A stretch of 64,000 nt of DNA from Planctomycetota bacterium (GCA_036338595.1 JAYZBV010000100.1:1-64000); one strand, 5' to 3'; shown: positions 29,633 to 41,100, counted from the stretch's first letter. Notes: generated by a model from the letters alone, not told the origin. Numbers and translations: made by a program.

Positions 29633-32296
29633 CTAGTGTGTCCAGGGAGTTGGTGCGTCCGGGTCCACAGAAAGGCGTTCGATGGCAGCATTGACCTGAG
29701 CCATCTCGATGGTTCCAGATCGAGCTAATGTGGAGAGCGCTGCGATCTCGATGGCAGCCTGATCGATCTCGAAAAAGCGTCGTAGTTGCTCGCGCGTATC
29801 CGATCTCCCGAAGCCGTCCGTTCCCAGACTTGTCCACTGACAATCGACCCATGGCCGCACCATGTCGGGCAACTCTCGGATGTGATCGGTCACTGCAATC
29901 ACCGGGTCATCACTTCCACCAAGCAGTTCAGTGACCCTGGGAACTCGCGCTGTTTCCATCGGGTGGAGGAGGTTCCAGCGGTCCACCTCGAGAGCATTCC
30001 TGCGCAATTCGGTGTAGGAGGTCGCAGACCAGACTTCAGCCAGGACACCATGGTGTTCCCGTAGCGAAGCCGCCGCTGCTCTGGCGTGCGGCAATAGTGG
30101 ACCGCTTCCAAGCAGGCGTACCACGGGCCCATCCCCATCGGGGGCGGGTTCGATGCGATAGAGCCCGTCGAGAATCCCCTGGCGACATCCTTCGGGCATC
30201 GGGGGCATGTCGAGATTTTCGTTGTAGAGAGTCAGGTAGAAGAACACATCTTCCTGCTCCCCGACCATCCGTCTCATTCCTTCCTCGATGATCACCGCAA
30301 CCTCGTAGGCGTAGGCCGGATCGTAGGCGACGCAGGATGGGTAGGCGCCAGCGATGATCGGACTGTGACCGTCCTGGTGTTGAAGACCTTCACCGTTGAG
30401 AGTGGTACGACCGGCAGTGGCTCCGAGCAGGAACCCACGCCCACGTCCATCGCCCAGTGCCCAGATCTGATCCCCGACTCTCTGAAACCCGAACATCGAA
30501 TAAAAGATGAAGAAGGGTAGCGTCACCTCACCATGCGTCGAGTAACTGGTCGCCGAGGCGATGGTCGTGGCCAGCGACCCACATTCGCTGAGGCCCTCCT
30601 GGAGGATCTGACCATCTGCCTTTTCGGTGTAGGAGAAGAGTAGCGAGTGATCCACCGGTTCGTACTTCTGCCCTCCTGGAGCGTAGATACCCACCGCCTT
30701 GAAGAGAGCTTCCATGCCGAAGGTGCGAGCCTCGTCGGCGAGGATCGGGACGATTCTGGGGCCGATCCCCTCCGCCTTGAGTAGATCACGGAACAGACGA
30801 GCGAACGCCATCGTGGTCGACGCCTGGAGCGAACCGCTCGTGCCTTCGTGGAGTTTCTCGAACACCTGTTTGTCGGGAAGAGTGGGGGCCGCTGCGCTGG
30901 ATTTCCTGCGCGGCAAGGAGCCGCCCAGCGCCGCCCTTCTGTCGAGGAGGTACTGGATTTCCGGAGAGTCGGGCCCGGGGTGGTAGTACGGAGCGGACTC
31001 AACATCCTCATCCGATATGGGAATTTCGAGCAGATCCCGAACGGCTCGCACTTGCTCACCTGCGAGTTTCTTCATCTGATGTGAGACGTTCCTCGAAGCC
31101 GCTTGTTGTCCCAACTGATATCCCTTGATGCTCTTGGTCAGGATCACGGTCGGTCTTCCATCGGGTTGACAGGCGAGATGATAAGCCGCAGCGACCTTGC
31201 GCCGATCATGACCACCCCGTCCGAGCTGGTGCAACTGGTCGTCACTCCAGCTGGCAAGCTGGGCCTGAAGCCGTGGATCATCGCCAGTGAGCTGCTTCCT
31301 GAGCCAGGCACCGTCCTCGGCGACCGATCTCTGCCAGACTCCATCGACGATCGATTCGAGTTTGCGGATCAGCGATCCCTCGGTGTCCTGGTCGAGGATC
31401 GGATCCCACAATCGGTCCCAGATCACCTTGATCACCCGCCAACCGGCACCGTGAAAAGCTCCTTCGAGATCCTGGATGATGCTGGAGTTTCCGGTGACGG
31501 GGCCGTCGAGGCGCTGGAGGTTACAGTTGACCACGAACACGAGATTGTCGAGGTTCTCACGAGAGGCGATGCGAAGCGCACCCAGTGTCTCTGGTTCGTC
31601 ACACTCTCCGTCGCCGAGAAATCCCCAGACACGCTGATCGCTGGTGTCCTTTATTTTTCGAGCAGAGAGGTATCGATTGAAGCGCGCCTGGTAGATGGCA
31701 TTGATGGGTCCCAGACCCATCGAAACGGTCGGGAACTGCCAAAAACCGGGCATCAATCGTGGGTGAGGGTAACTGGAGAGTCCGCCTCCCCGCACTTCCT
31801 GTCGGAACCGATCGAGTTCGGATCGATCGAGGTGACCCTCGAGAAAAGCACGTGAATACATCCCCGGGCTGGCGTGGCCCTGGAAAAACACTTGATCACC
31901 GCCACCGGGGTCATCCAATCCCCGGAAGAAATGCTGCTGTCCCACCTCGTAGAGAGTCGCAGCAGATGAAAATGTCGACAGGTGTCCACCGAGACCATCA
32001 TGAAGAGCATTGGCTCTCACGACCATCGCCATGGCGTTCCACCGGACTATGTTCTCGATTCGATCCTCGAGTTCTTCATCTCCCGGATAGTCGATCTCGG
32101 CAGCTGCGCAGATGGTGTTTTGATACGGGGTCACGGCAGTGGAGCCGACTGGCAAGTGGCGCAATCGTGCGTGCCAGAGCACCTCATCGAGCAAGGCGCC
32201 CGCCCGATCCACGCCGGCGGACTCGGCGACCGAATCCACAGACTCACACCATTCCGAGGTCTCGGCAGCGCCGTTTTCATCCGGAAGATCTGGCAT
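29633..32296 (-). CDS. aceE: Pyruvate dehydrogenase E1, homodimeric AceE type
   Basis: RWNAMAMVVRAN, FQGHASPG, QFPTVSMGLG, TPP motif GDGECDE...NCNLQRLDGPV, YSMFGFQR and EGLQHQDG; start MPDLPD at 32296. Confidence 0.96.
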   Translation of the reverse strand: MPDLPDENGAAETSEWCESVDSVAESAGVDRAGALLDEVLWHARLRHLPVGSTAVTPYQNTICAAAEIDYPGDEELEDRIENIVRWNAMAMVVRANALHDGLGGHLSTFSSAATLYEVGQQHFFRGLDDPGGGDQVFFQGHASPGMYSRAFLEGHLDRSELDRFRQEVRGGGLSSYPHPRLMPGFWQFPTVSMGLGPINAIYQARFNRYLSARKIKDTSDQRVWGFLGDGECDEPETLGALRIASRENLDNLVFVVNCNLQRLDGPVTGNSSIIQDLEGAFHGAGWRVIKVIWDRLWDPILDQDTEGSLIRKLESIVDGVWQRSVAEDGAWLRKQLTGDDPRLQAQLASWSDDQLHQLGRGGHDRRKVAAAYHLACQPDGRPTVILTKSIKGYQLGQQAASRNVSHQMKKLAGEQVRAVRDLLEIPISDEDVESAPYYHPGPDSPEIQYLLDRRAALGGSLPRRKSSAAAPTLPDKQVFEKLHEGTSGSLQASTTMAFARLFRDLLKAEGIGPRIVPILADEARTFGMEALFKAVGIYAPGGQKYEPVDHSLLFSYTEKADGQILQEGLSECGSLATTIASATSYSTHGEVTLPFFIFYSMFGFQRVGDQIWALGDGRGRGFLLGATAGRTTLNGEGLQHQDGHSPIIAGAYPSCVAYDPAYAYEVAVIIEEGMRRMVGEQEDVFFYLTLYNENLDMPPMPEGCRQGILDGLYRIEPAPDGDGPVVRLLGSGPLLPHARAAAASLREHHGVLAEVWSATSYTELRRNALEVDRWNLLHPMETARVPRVTELLGGSDDPVIAVTDHIRELPDMVRPWVDCQWTSLGTDGFGRSDTREQLRRFFEIDQAAIEIAALSTLARSGTIEMAQVNAAIERLSVDPDAPTPWTH

Positions 32297-32322
32297 GGAA
32301 TCGATTCTCCTCTCCATCGGAC

Positions 32323-32532
32323 TCAGTCCTGGGGGGAATCTTCCGATTCGGGAAGGATCACGGGTATTCCGTCCACGACCGGAAAGACCCGCTCGCAGCC
32401 GGTGCAGCCGAGGCCATCTTGGCGCTGTTCCAGTGCACGATGTTCGTCGCAGGGGCAACAGAGCAGCGAGAGCAGGGCAGGATCGACCCCTGGTCGGGCA
32501 TCGTCGGGTGTTGCCGCGCCAGCGTCGGTCAT
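32323..32532 (-). CDS. Trm112-like / UPF0434 small protein
   Basis: DPALLSLLCCPC...LGCTGCERVFPVVDGIPVIL; GAAAGGAAG RBS before ATG 32532 (alternative start 32553). Confidence 0.85.
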   Translation of the reverse strand: MTDAGAATPDDARPGVDPALLSLLCCPCDEHRALEQRQDGLGCTGCERVFPVVDGIPVILPESEDSPQD

Positions 32533-32757
32533 CGGGCTCTTCCTTTCGGCCATCTCGATCCTTCCGGAGCGGGAACCGGGGTGGCACTCAGCGCTACGGA
32601 TCTCTAGAGTAGTCGATTCTCCGAGAACCTCACCAGAGGGCAACCGAATCGGCGACGACTGCCGACCAGAGAAGAGGACTTCGTTGCGATCTGCGTCGAT
32701 CTTGAGCCGATTTTCGTGGATGCGAAGAAATTCCAATTCCGTCTCCGGAGACTGCTG

Positions 32758-33486
32758 ATGGCCACCCTCCAGCTGGTAGAGGGGGTCTTGTTGCGGCGCT
32801 ACAAGAGGTTCCTGGCAGACTGTCATCTTCCCGATCATGGCGAAGTGCTCGCCCACTGCCCCAATCCTGGAAGCATGAAGACTCTCATCGATGGGGAGCC
32901 GCGTGCCTGGCTCAGGCATGTCCCAAAACCTGAACGAAAATTGAAGTGGACTCTGACCTTGATCGAAGTGGGTCCGGGGGGACAGGCACTCGTCGATACA
33001 TCGCTTCCCAACGGCATCGTCGTCGATGGCATCCTGGCGCGACGCGTACCGAGGATCGAACCGATCGGTCATCTACGTCAAGAGGTGGTCATCGGAAAGG
33101 GATCTCGCCTCGATATTGTCCTGGGAGACCAACCTCGGCCGGATCAGAATTCAGGTCAGATCTTCATCGAGGTCAAAAATGTCACGATGCGATCATCCCA
33201 GCTGCCAGAACGTGCGGATTTCCCCGATTCGGTGACGGTTCGGGGCAGGAAGCACCTCGATGTGCTGACCTCCCTCTCGAAGGAGGGCAAGAGGTCGGTG
33301 CTGTTTCTACTGCTGGGTCGGACCGATTGCCATCGAGTAGGATTTGCCTGCGACATCGATCCTGATTACTGCAAGGCTCTCAAGAGCGCGGTTGCTGCCG
33401 GGGTGGAGGTGGTGTCGCACCGAATCAATGTTGAGGACTCCGAAATCACGCTCGGCGAAGAGGTTGAAGTGGACCTTCCACGGTGA
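32758..33486 (+). CDS. sfsA: DNA/RNA nuclease-fold protein SfsA (sugar fermentation stimulation protein)
   Basis: RRYKRFLAD, AHCPNPGSM, SRLD, IEVKNVT and FPDSVTVRGRKHL. Confidence 0.95.
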   Translation: MATLQLVEGVLLRRYKRFLADCHLPDHGEVLAHCPNPGSMKTLIDGEPRAWLRHVPKPERKLKWTLTLIEVGPGGQALVDTSLPNGIVVDGILARRVPRIEPIGHLRQEVVIGKGSRLDIVLGDQPRPDQNSGQIFIEVKNVTMRSSQLPERADFPDSVTVRGRKHLDVLTSLSKEGKRSVLFLLLGRTDCHRVGFACDIDPDYCKALKSAVAAGVEVVSHRINVEDSEITLGEEVEVDLPR

Positions 33487-33561
33487 ATCGCATCAGAAGC
33501 CGCTTGGCCTCGAAGCCACTTGTGCCGTATTCTTTTCGATCTCCCCTGTCTGGAGGCGCAA

Positions 33562-34650
33562 TTGAGTGATACCGAGTGTGAAATCTCCATCGATCTTCTC
33601 CGCGAACTGAGTCTCGCGTCGGGGCCACCTGGTGCAGAGGACGAGGTGCGCGCGATCGTCCATCGAGAACTGGGGTCGCTCGGCACTCTCCAGCACGACG
33701 CCCATGGGAGTGTCATCGTGGAGGGGTCAGGGCAAGGACCTCGCATTGCGCTGGATGCACATATGGACGAGGTGGGATTCGCGGTGCAATCGATCGATGA
33801 TGAGGGCCGGATTCACTTCGTGCCGCTGGGAGGCTGGTGGGGGCATGTGTTGCTGGCGCAGAGGGTAGATATTCTCGCTTCCGGTGGCAGAAAGATTCCC
33901 GGTTCGATCGGCTGCAAGCCCCCACATTTCCTCAAGAAGTCTGAACGTGAGAAGGTTCTCTCACTAGAAGATATGCACATCGATGTCGGTGCTCGTAGTC
34001 GTTCTGATCTCGAGGAGTGGGGTGTGCTCGTGGGAGATCCCATCTGTCCAAGGGGACAGTTCGAGCCGCTGGCAGCAGATGGCCGCTATTGCTGCAAGGC
34101 GTTCGACGATCGAGTTGGCGTGGGAGTGCTCATCGAGTCCTTTCGAATTTTGAACACCGCTACCGATCTCGCATGTCAGCCGATTGCAGTCGCTGCTGTA
34201 CAGGAGGAGGTGGGGTGTCGCGGAGCCAGAACTGCCAGCGCCATCAGTCAGCCAGATGTTGGGATCATCCTGGAAGGAACTCCAGCTGACGATCTACCCG
34301 GAATGAAGTCCAGGCAGTCGGTTCTCGGGGCTGGACCCCAGATCAGATTTCTGGATCCGACCGCACTCTCCAACAGGAGACTGGTTCGCCTCTGCGAGCA
34401 GGTTGCTGCAAAGGAGGAGATTCAGGTTCAGATGGCGGTTCGGCGCAGTGGTGGAACAGATGCTTCGACGACTCATCTGCATGGGAGTGGAGTTCCGACG
34501 ATTGTCATCGGTGTTCCAGCCAGGTCGATCCACAGTCATTCAAGCATCATCGACTTCGACGATTATCAGCAAGCGATCAAACTGGTCGTCGCATTGGCGA
34601 GGCAACTGGACACAGATTCGGTCAGGTCACTGACCGACTACTCTTCGTAG
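33562..34650 (+). CDS. M42 family metallo-aminopeptidase (TET-like)
   Basis: DAHMDEVG, LGGWW, KAFDDRVG, QEEVG, GGTDA and IHSH; TTG 33562 after GGAGG. Confidence 0.93.
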   Translation: MSDTECEISIDLLRELSLASGPPGAEDEVRAIVHRELGSLGTLQHDAHGSVIVEGSGQGPRIALDAHMDEVGFAVQSIDDEGRIHFVPLGGWWGHVLLAQRVDILASGGRKIPGSIGCKPPHFLKKSEREKVLSLEDMHIDVGARSRSDLEEWGVLVGDPICPRGQFEPLAADGRYCCKAFDDRVGVGVLIESFRILNTATDLACQPIAVAAVQEEVGCRGARTASAISQPDVGIILEGTPADDLPGMKSRQSVLGAGPQIRFLDPTALSNRRLVRLCEQVAAKEEIQVQMAVRRSGGTDASTTHLHGSGVPTIVIGVPARSIHSHSSIIDFDDYQQAIKLVVALARQLDTDSVRSLTDYSS

Positions 34651-37148
34651 CTGACCTCGATGCCGCTATCGAAGCAGATTCTCTCTATCTCCTTGCGTCG
34701 TTTGATACGCGCATTTGGCAACTCATCTCCGCGCTGATCCAGTTCCTGGAGAATCAACATCGCTTCGTCGTGCCTTCCAGCGAGCGCGTCAATCCTGACC
34801 CTTGCTTCCAGTGCGCTGAACTGGAACTCATGCGAGATCTCTCTCGTGTTCATCGTCGTACCCGCTTCCAGAAGCAGTTTCTGGGCATCTGCATCGCGTC
34901 CGCTTCGTAGCAGGATCGACGCCAGGCGCGCAAAGGAGCGCGCGCACAGCGGATGCTGGATGACATGCAGTTGCCTGACTGCCAGCAAGGCGGATCTAGC
35001 ACTCTGCTCCGCTCCTTCAAAGTCTCCGATACGCTGCTGACAGCAAGCCAGCGCTCGATAGTGCCTCGAAGTGAAGTCAGATTTTTCTCCACGAAGTGAA
35101 ATCTGGAGATGGACGGAGTGGGTCAGGTCTTCCAGCGCTGCAGTGAGTTCTTCCTGAGTTTCATCTCCTGAAGGGATATCCAGGATCGTTCCGGCCCGAT
35201 GCAACAAGCAGGTCGCCAGAAGGTCGGGTTGGTCATCGCCGATGACCGATATCGCTTCATCGAGGATCTCTCGCGCTTCCTCACGGTATCCCTGGAGCGC
35301 TATCGAGTGCGATAGCGTCAGCAACTGCGGAGCCCTTTCTGATCTTGGTTCTGAGGGAAGAGTGATCAACAGGTCCCTGACGATCTCCTCCGCCTGCGCG
35401 TGATCCCCACGTATATTGAGCAGATCAGCCAGTTCGTGCTGGATTTCGAGAGTACAGGAGACTGGAGCATCCGCCGGTACTGACTCGAGCGCCGCCTGTA
35501 GCGATTTCTCCGCTTCAGAGAGTCGCCTGAGCAACTTGCGGGCGCGGGCCAGTTTTCTGAACGCTTCCACTCGTTCCTCGGGGGCCCAGTATGGGTGCTC
35601 CTCTCGAAGCGCTGTTTCTGCCTCGAGCAACTCGGCGGCACGCTCTGCAGCTCCTGTCTGGAGCAGGATCGAAGCCAACGAACCGAGCAGCGTTGCACGG
35701 GTCTGAGGCTGCTCATCGAGACCATAGAGTAGATCTCTGGCGCCCCGGTCCAGCAGTTCATGTGCGGTGATCCGGTGCAACGATGGATTTTCGCCCGATT
35801 CCTGGAGGAACAATTCGGTCAAGAAATCGGTGACCTCTCGCGAACGCTTGGCCTGCTCCTGCGCTTTTATTGCTTCTTCTGCTGCGTTGGCCCTGGCTCG
35901 AAGTACTCCTCGGAGCATCGTGGAAATTTCTCCTGCGCTGCGCGGGCGATCGGATTCATTGCGTTGCATCGCCTGGCGACAGATTTCCGCCAGGTCGTCG
36001 GGGGCATCGGGATCCATCTCCTGGACATCACTGGGCCCGCCCTTTTGAAGCAAGCGCAACACCCTGTGACCGGGTAGCGGCGCATCGCCGGTGCGATACG
36101 GTGGGCGCCCCGTGAGCATCTCGTAGAGGAGTGCGCCGATCGCATAGACATCGGTCCAGGGACCTATCTCTCCCTCCTCTGGATTTGCCTGTTCCGGAGA
36201 CATGTAGGAGGGGGTGCCGACGACTGCACTGTCTCGAGTGATGACAGTGGATCCGGAGAGGGACGACGAAAGGCTGTCGGAGAGGATGTCCACGATCGGC
36301 TCATCATCGACATCGGCAAGGATTCGTGCGAGTCCCCAGTCCATCACATAGACCTCTCCGAAGCGTCCTACCATGATGTTCGCAGGTTTCACATCGCGGT
36401 GAATGATGCCTCTCGAGTGTGCATATTCGAGGGTGTCGCAGACCTTCAGCAATACTTCCAGCAGCCGAGTACGATCCCAACCATCGGTTCCGTCCCTGGC
36501 AAATCGAATGCAGTCTTTCAGCTCCCGGCCATGAACTCTGTCCATGGTGAAATAGAAGCGACCATCCGCGTCGCTGTTCAACTCATGCACCGGGACGATT
36601 CCGGGGTGAGCGAGTTGGGCTGTGACTCGTGCCTCTCGTAGAAATCTGCGCAATCTCTGAGGGGGTGCATCTCCGCTTTCGTTGCCGAGCACGACCTTCA
36701 TCGCAAGATCTCGTTGCAGCACGGGATCGGAAACACTCAAGACAGCACCCATGCCTCCACGAGCAATCTCTTCAAGGAAGTCATATCTACCATCGAGACG
36801 GGGGGTCAGCGGAACCACATCTTGAGATTGGCCTGCAGAACTGAGATCCAGTTCATCGCTATATCTATCCAGCAGTTTTTCGGCCAACCCTGCGGGCAAC
36901 TTGCTGTCTGCACTTGGCTTGCCTGGTTGAGCCAATCTCTCGTCACGGCGGCGATGATATTCCTGCAACTGTTGTTGCAGGTCTCCGGCCATCTGCGGAT
37001 TTTCCTGGCAGGCTCGATCAATCGCTGCCTCGATCGCATCGGTGCCACCGAGCAATCGAGCGAAAAGGAGTTCTGCAGGGGAGAGGGGGGCATGGCCATC
37101 ATCTGCATGAGGCTCGGGCTCGGTAGCCAATTGACGCTTCCAATCCAA
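34638..37148 (-). CDS. Hanks-type Ser/Thr protein kinase with C-terminal TPR repeats
   Basis: EIARGGMGAV, AMK, HPGIVPVH, HRDVKPAN, DWGLA, GTPSYMSPEQ and DVYAIG; TPR-like helical repeats; start uncertain (TTG 37148 or 37130). Confidence 0.93.
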   Translation of the reverse strand: MDWKRQLATEPEPHADDGHAPLSPAELLFARLLGGTDAIEAAIDRACQENPQMAGDLQQQLQEYHRRRDERLAQPGKPSADSKLPAGLAEKLLDRYSDELDLSSAGQSQDVVPLTPRLDGRYDFLEEIARGGMGAVLSVSDPVLQRDLAMKVVLGNESGDAPPQRLRRFLREARVTAQLAHPGIVPVHELNSDADGRFYFTMDRVHGRELKDCIRFARDGTDGWDRTRLLEVLLKVCDTLEYAHSRGIIHRDVKPANIMVGRFGEVYVMDWGLARILADVDDEPIVDILSDSLSSSLSGSTVITRDSAVVGTPSYMSPEQANPEEGEIGPWTDVYAIGALLYEMLTGRPPYRTGDAPLPGHRVLRLLQKGGPSDVQEMDPDAPDDLAEICRQAMQRNESDRPRSAGEISTMLRGVLRARANAAEEAIKAQEQAKRSREVTDFLTELFLQESGENPSLHRITAHELLDRGARDLLYGLDEQPQTRATLLGSLASILLQTGAAERAAELLEAETALREEHPYWAPEERVEAFRKLARARKLLRRLSEAEKSLQAALESVPADAPVSCTLEIQHELADLLNIRGDHAQAEEIVRDLLITLPSEPRSERAPQLLTLSHSIALQGYREEAREILDEAISVIGDDQPDLLATCLLHRAGTILDIPSGDETQEELTAALEDLTHSVHLQISLRGEKSDFTSRHYRALACCQQRIGDFEGAEQSARSALLAVRQLHVIQHPLCARSFARLASILLRSGRDADAQKLLLEAGTTMNTREISHEFQFSALEARVRIDALAGRHDEAMLILQELDQRGDELPNARIKRRKEIERICFDSGIEVSYEE

Positions 37149-37224
37149 CCGGGACGCTCCACCACGGAGTCAGGGGTGTGAATTTTGATCCAGCCTGATA
37201 TATCATGACGCAAGGGAGACGACC

Positions 37225-37959
37225 ATGACAGATCCAGTGCCACCCGACGCCGAAGATGCTCAGGTATCGCCCGATGAGGAGCCGCAGGCGGATTCCCCAG
37301 GCGATGCGGGATCGGATGATCATAGTTCCATCGAGTGGTTGCAGAAATTTGCTGATGGCGACGAAGCCGCATTTGAGCACCTTCTGGCAGATGAATTGCC
37401 GAAGTTACGTCGTCGTGTCGAGGATCGGCTGGGCGTTGACTTGCGTCGACGCATCGATCCCAGCGATGTGCTGCAGCAAGCCGCTCTGGATGTATATCAG
37501 CTTCGTGACGCCTTCGAGGATCGTGGACTTCCAGCCTTCAGGGCATGGCTGAAGACGGTCACCTTCAATAACTTGAATCGACTGATCGAGAAGGAACTGG
37601 CACAGAAGCGAGATCCAAGACGAGAGAAGAGAAGGGCGATGGAAGCCGGTGCGAGCCGTTCGCTCGATCCTCTGGGAAACCTGGCGGCTTCCATATCATC
37701 TCCATCGGCCGGGCTGCATCGCCAGGAGGCGCTGGAACTGCTCGAAAACTGCCTGGATATGCTCTCCGATGATGACCGGGATCTGCTTCGCTGGATCGAT
37801 GAAGAAGGCATCGGCTACGAGGAGGTCGCTCGTAGGCTCACCGTCAACATCGACGCTGCTCGTCGCCGTCACAGTCGAGCCATCGCGAGACTGAGAAAAC
37901 TGGCGGATACGATGCGAGGTGAGATTCCAGCCCCTGACCCAGATGCCGACGAGGAGTGA
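37225..37959 (+). CDS. ECF-family RNA polymerase sigma-70 factor (planctomycete-type)
   Basis: GDEAAFEHL, LRRRIDPSDVLQ, FRAWL, AQKRDPRRE and SSPS; region 4 LSDDDRDLL...YEEVARRL...ARRRHSRAIARL. Confidence 0.9.
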   Translation: MTDPVPPDAEDAQVSPDEEPQADSPGDAGSDDHSSIEWLQKFADGDEAAFEHLLADELPKLRRRVEDRLGVDLRRRIDPSDVLQQAALDVYQLRDAFEDRGLPAFRAWLKTVTFNNLNRLIEKELAQKRDPRREKRRAMEAGASRSLDPLGNLAASISSPSAGLHRQEALELLENCLDMLSDDDRDLLRWIDEEGIGYEEVARRLTVNIDAARRRHSRAIARLRKLADTMRGEIPAPDPDADEE

Positions 37960-38006
37960 CGAGGACCACATTTGCAAGAATCCTGCGACTCACCTTCCAT
38001 GTGACC

Positions 38007-38034
38007 TTGACCATTTGATCTTGAGACCTAGCAT
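38007..38034 (+). promoter_or_regulatory. Possible sigma70 promoter of kgd-rnd
   Basis: TTGACC (38007-38012), a 16-nt spacer, then TAGCAT (38029-38034). Confidence 0.35.
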
Positions 38035-38113
38035 CGGGCTGCAGGCCTGAGCGACGGGTTTGCCTTTTCCGGTACATGGATGGCCGGACATCACCCCCAT
38101 CGGGAGGATCACC

Positions 38114-41100
38114 GTGGACCGCTTCGGATCCAACTCTGGCTATGTCGATGCTCTCTACGAGCAATTCATCAGCGACCCCGAGAGTGTCAGTGCAGCCTGG
38201 CGGGAGTTTTTTGATGGGTATCAACCGGAGCAGGAAGCCAGGCACAAGAGTGACCCCGAGGAGGTAGAACTTCCTAAGCCGGAAGATGTTCTCGATCCTC
38301 CTCCTGCCCCCCTGGCGGCAGATAGCCCCGTCACCTCAGCGGATGTGTCGACCGAGTCTCTTGCATCCATCACCGTCGCTGGTGATCCACAAGTGCCGCC
38401 AGTCAAGGCTGCGGAAGACGATTCCGCTGAAGACGTTGCCGCTGAAGACGATGCCGGGGTGACGCTGATCCCCATCGAGGGGATCGCAAGTCGAATCGTC
38501 GAGAACATGGAGCAGAGTACTGAAGTGCCGACAGCTACGACTGTGCGGACCATTCCAGTGCGGCTTCTCGAAGAAAATCGCAAGATCATCAATGAACATC
38601 AAATCGCCTGGGCACGAGCCAAGGTGTCGTTCACTCACATCATCGCATGGGCGTTGATGAAGGCTCTGAGAACTCACCCCCAGTTGAATCATGGATTTCA
38701 GCGAGTCGACGGGGATGCGATTCGCATCGAGCGCACTTCGACTCGTCTGGGGATTGCCGTCGATGTCGAACGGCGGGGCCAGCGTTCACTGGTGGTCCCG
38801 AACCTGAAAGACACGGGTCAGATTCAGTTCAGGGAGTTCCTGGCAGCATTCAATGATGTGGTATCCCGCGCGAGGCGAGGAAAACTCACACTCGATGACT
38901 TCGAGAACACATCCGTGACCATTACCAATCCGGGGATGCTCGGTACCAGCATGTCGGTTCCACGATTGATGGCGGGGCAGGGCGCCATCTTCGGGATCGG
39001 TTCCATCGCCTATCCTCCCGCCTGCGCGGGGATGGCTGCCGACACCGTCAGTCGGCTGGGCTTCTCGAAGGTGATGACACTGACCAGTACCTACGATCAT
39101 CGTGTGATCCAGGGGGCGGAATCGGGTGCCTTCTTGACGACCGTGGAGAACCTGTTGCTGGGGAATGAGCGCTTCTACGACTCCATCTTCGAGCAACTGG
39201 ATGTCCCACATGAACCGTACCGCTGGTCTCAGGAGACTTCCGGGGAGGATCGATCCGTGGCGGTCAGCACCCCTGCCTATCGACAGGCACAGGTGCTCCA
39301 GCTGGTCGATGCCTATCGTTCTCGAGGGCACAGGATGGCACACCTCGATCCGCTCGGCACCAGTCCCGTTCCAGACCCGGAACTGGAAATGTCGAGTTAT
39401 GGACTGAGCATTTGGGACCTCGATCGTTCCTTCATTTGCGGAGGAGTAGGAGGCCAGGACCAACCTCGAAAGCTACGCCAGATCCTCGATGTGCTGCGGC
39501 GCACCTATACCAGATATGTCGGAGCGGAGGTCTCGTACATCTCTGATGCCGAGGAGCGCGACTGGCTGCTGAATGAGATGGAATCTACGGAAAATGATTC
39601 TCCGATCAGCATCGAGGAGAAACTGCACATCTTGCGCAAGCTGAATGAAGCCGAGGCATTCGAGAAATTTCTGCATTCCAGTTATGTCGGCCACAAGAGG
39701 TTCAGCCTCGAGGGCAGCGAGTCGTTGATTCCTGCTCTGGATGCTCTGCTTGAAGTGTGTTCAGGCTCCGGCGTCGAGGATGTGTTGATCGGCATGGCGC
39801 ATCGCGGGCGACTCAATGTGCTCGTGAACATCCTGGGCAAACCTCTCGAGCAGGTGTTCGAGGAGTTTGAGGATTTCGATACGGAAAATCCGGAAGGATC
39901 CGGGGATGTGAAGTATCACCTCGGGGCTCAGGGTGCCCATCGAGGACAGAATGGCACCGAGGTGAGGGTGACACTCGCATCCAATCCCAGCCATCTTGAA
40001 TCGGTCTGTCCAGTAGTCGAAGGAATGGCCAGGGCACTTCAGGATGAGAGTGAAAAACCAGGTTCAGTCATCCCTCTGTTGATCCATGGCGATGCGGCCC
40101 TCGCCGGCCAGGGTGTCACCTACGAGACCCTCAACATGTCTCAACTGGAGGGATATTCGACAGGTGGCACGGTCCACATCGTCATCAACAATCAGATCGG
40201 ATTCACGACATCCCCGATCGATGGACGCTCCTCACGGTACTGCACCGATCTGGCCAAGACGGTCGAGGCACCGGTTTTCCACATCAATGCAGACCACCCG
40301 CAAACGGTCGTACGCATCGTGCGGCTGGCGCTCGAGTATCGGCGTCGCTTCTCCAAGGATGTATTCATCGATCTGGTCGGGTATCGACGCTGGGGGCACA
40401 ACGAAGGGGATGAGCCTGCGTTCACCCAGCCACTGGCATCGAAGAATATCGAGAGTCATCGATCGGTCCGAAAACTCACAACTGAACGATTACTGGCGCG
40501 TGGAGAGATCGATGTGGAAACCGCAGAGCAGATGCTTGGAGAGTTCCAGACGATTCTGGACGACTCGCTGAAGAGTGTGAAGGACAGCCTGAGGGAACGA
40601 TCGGCTGCGCAGGTGCGTCCGGATCTCGAGGAATCGGAAGGGATGGCCAGACCGTCCGTTGACACCTCGATTTCCGCCCAGGAACTCGACTTGTTACTGG
40701 CGGAAGTGACGCGCACTCCGGATCAGTTCCAGGTACATCCAAAGTTGAAGAAACAGTTCGAGCGAAGACTGGAAATGGCGCGCGGAGGGTCCATCGACTG
40801 GGGGCTTGCCGAGTTGTGCGCATTTGGATCTCTGGTGCGCGAGGGGCACAGCATCCGGCTCTCCGGGGAAGACAGCGGTCGCGGTACTTTCAGCCAGCGA
40901 CACAGCGCACTTCTCGACTGTGTATCGGGTGCACGCCATGTTCCTCTGGACCATCTTCCAGGAGCCGATGGCCATTTTGAAGTGCACGACAGTTTGCTCT
41001 CAGAATTTGGAGTGCTCGGTTTCGAATTCGGGTATAGCGTCCAGCGCCCGGAGGCGTTGACGATCTGGGAAGCTCAGTTCGGAGACTTTTCGAATGGCGC

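Noticed and set aside
32533..32757. Possible tRNA or ncRNA in the Trm112-sfsA gap
   Set aside because: No T-loop GTTCRA or cloverleaf seen; likely a divergent promoter region.
32297..33072. Long N-terminal extensions of aceE (to 32587) and of the Trm112-like ORF (to 33072)
   Set aside because: The extensions overlap other real genes and lack family similarity; downstream starts have RBSs. The same reasoning was applied to DUF3179, sufD, sufT, M14 and DUF481.
38411..38455. Functional significance of the Kgd 15-bp repeat
   Set aside because: It lies in the Ala/Pro/acidic flexible linker, where such expansions are ordinary.
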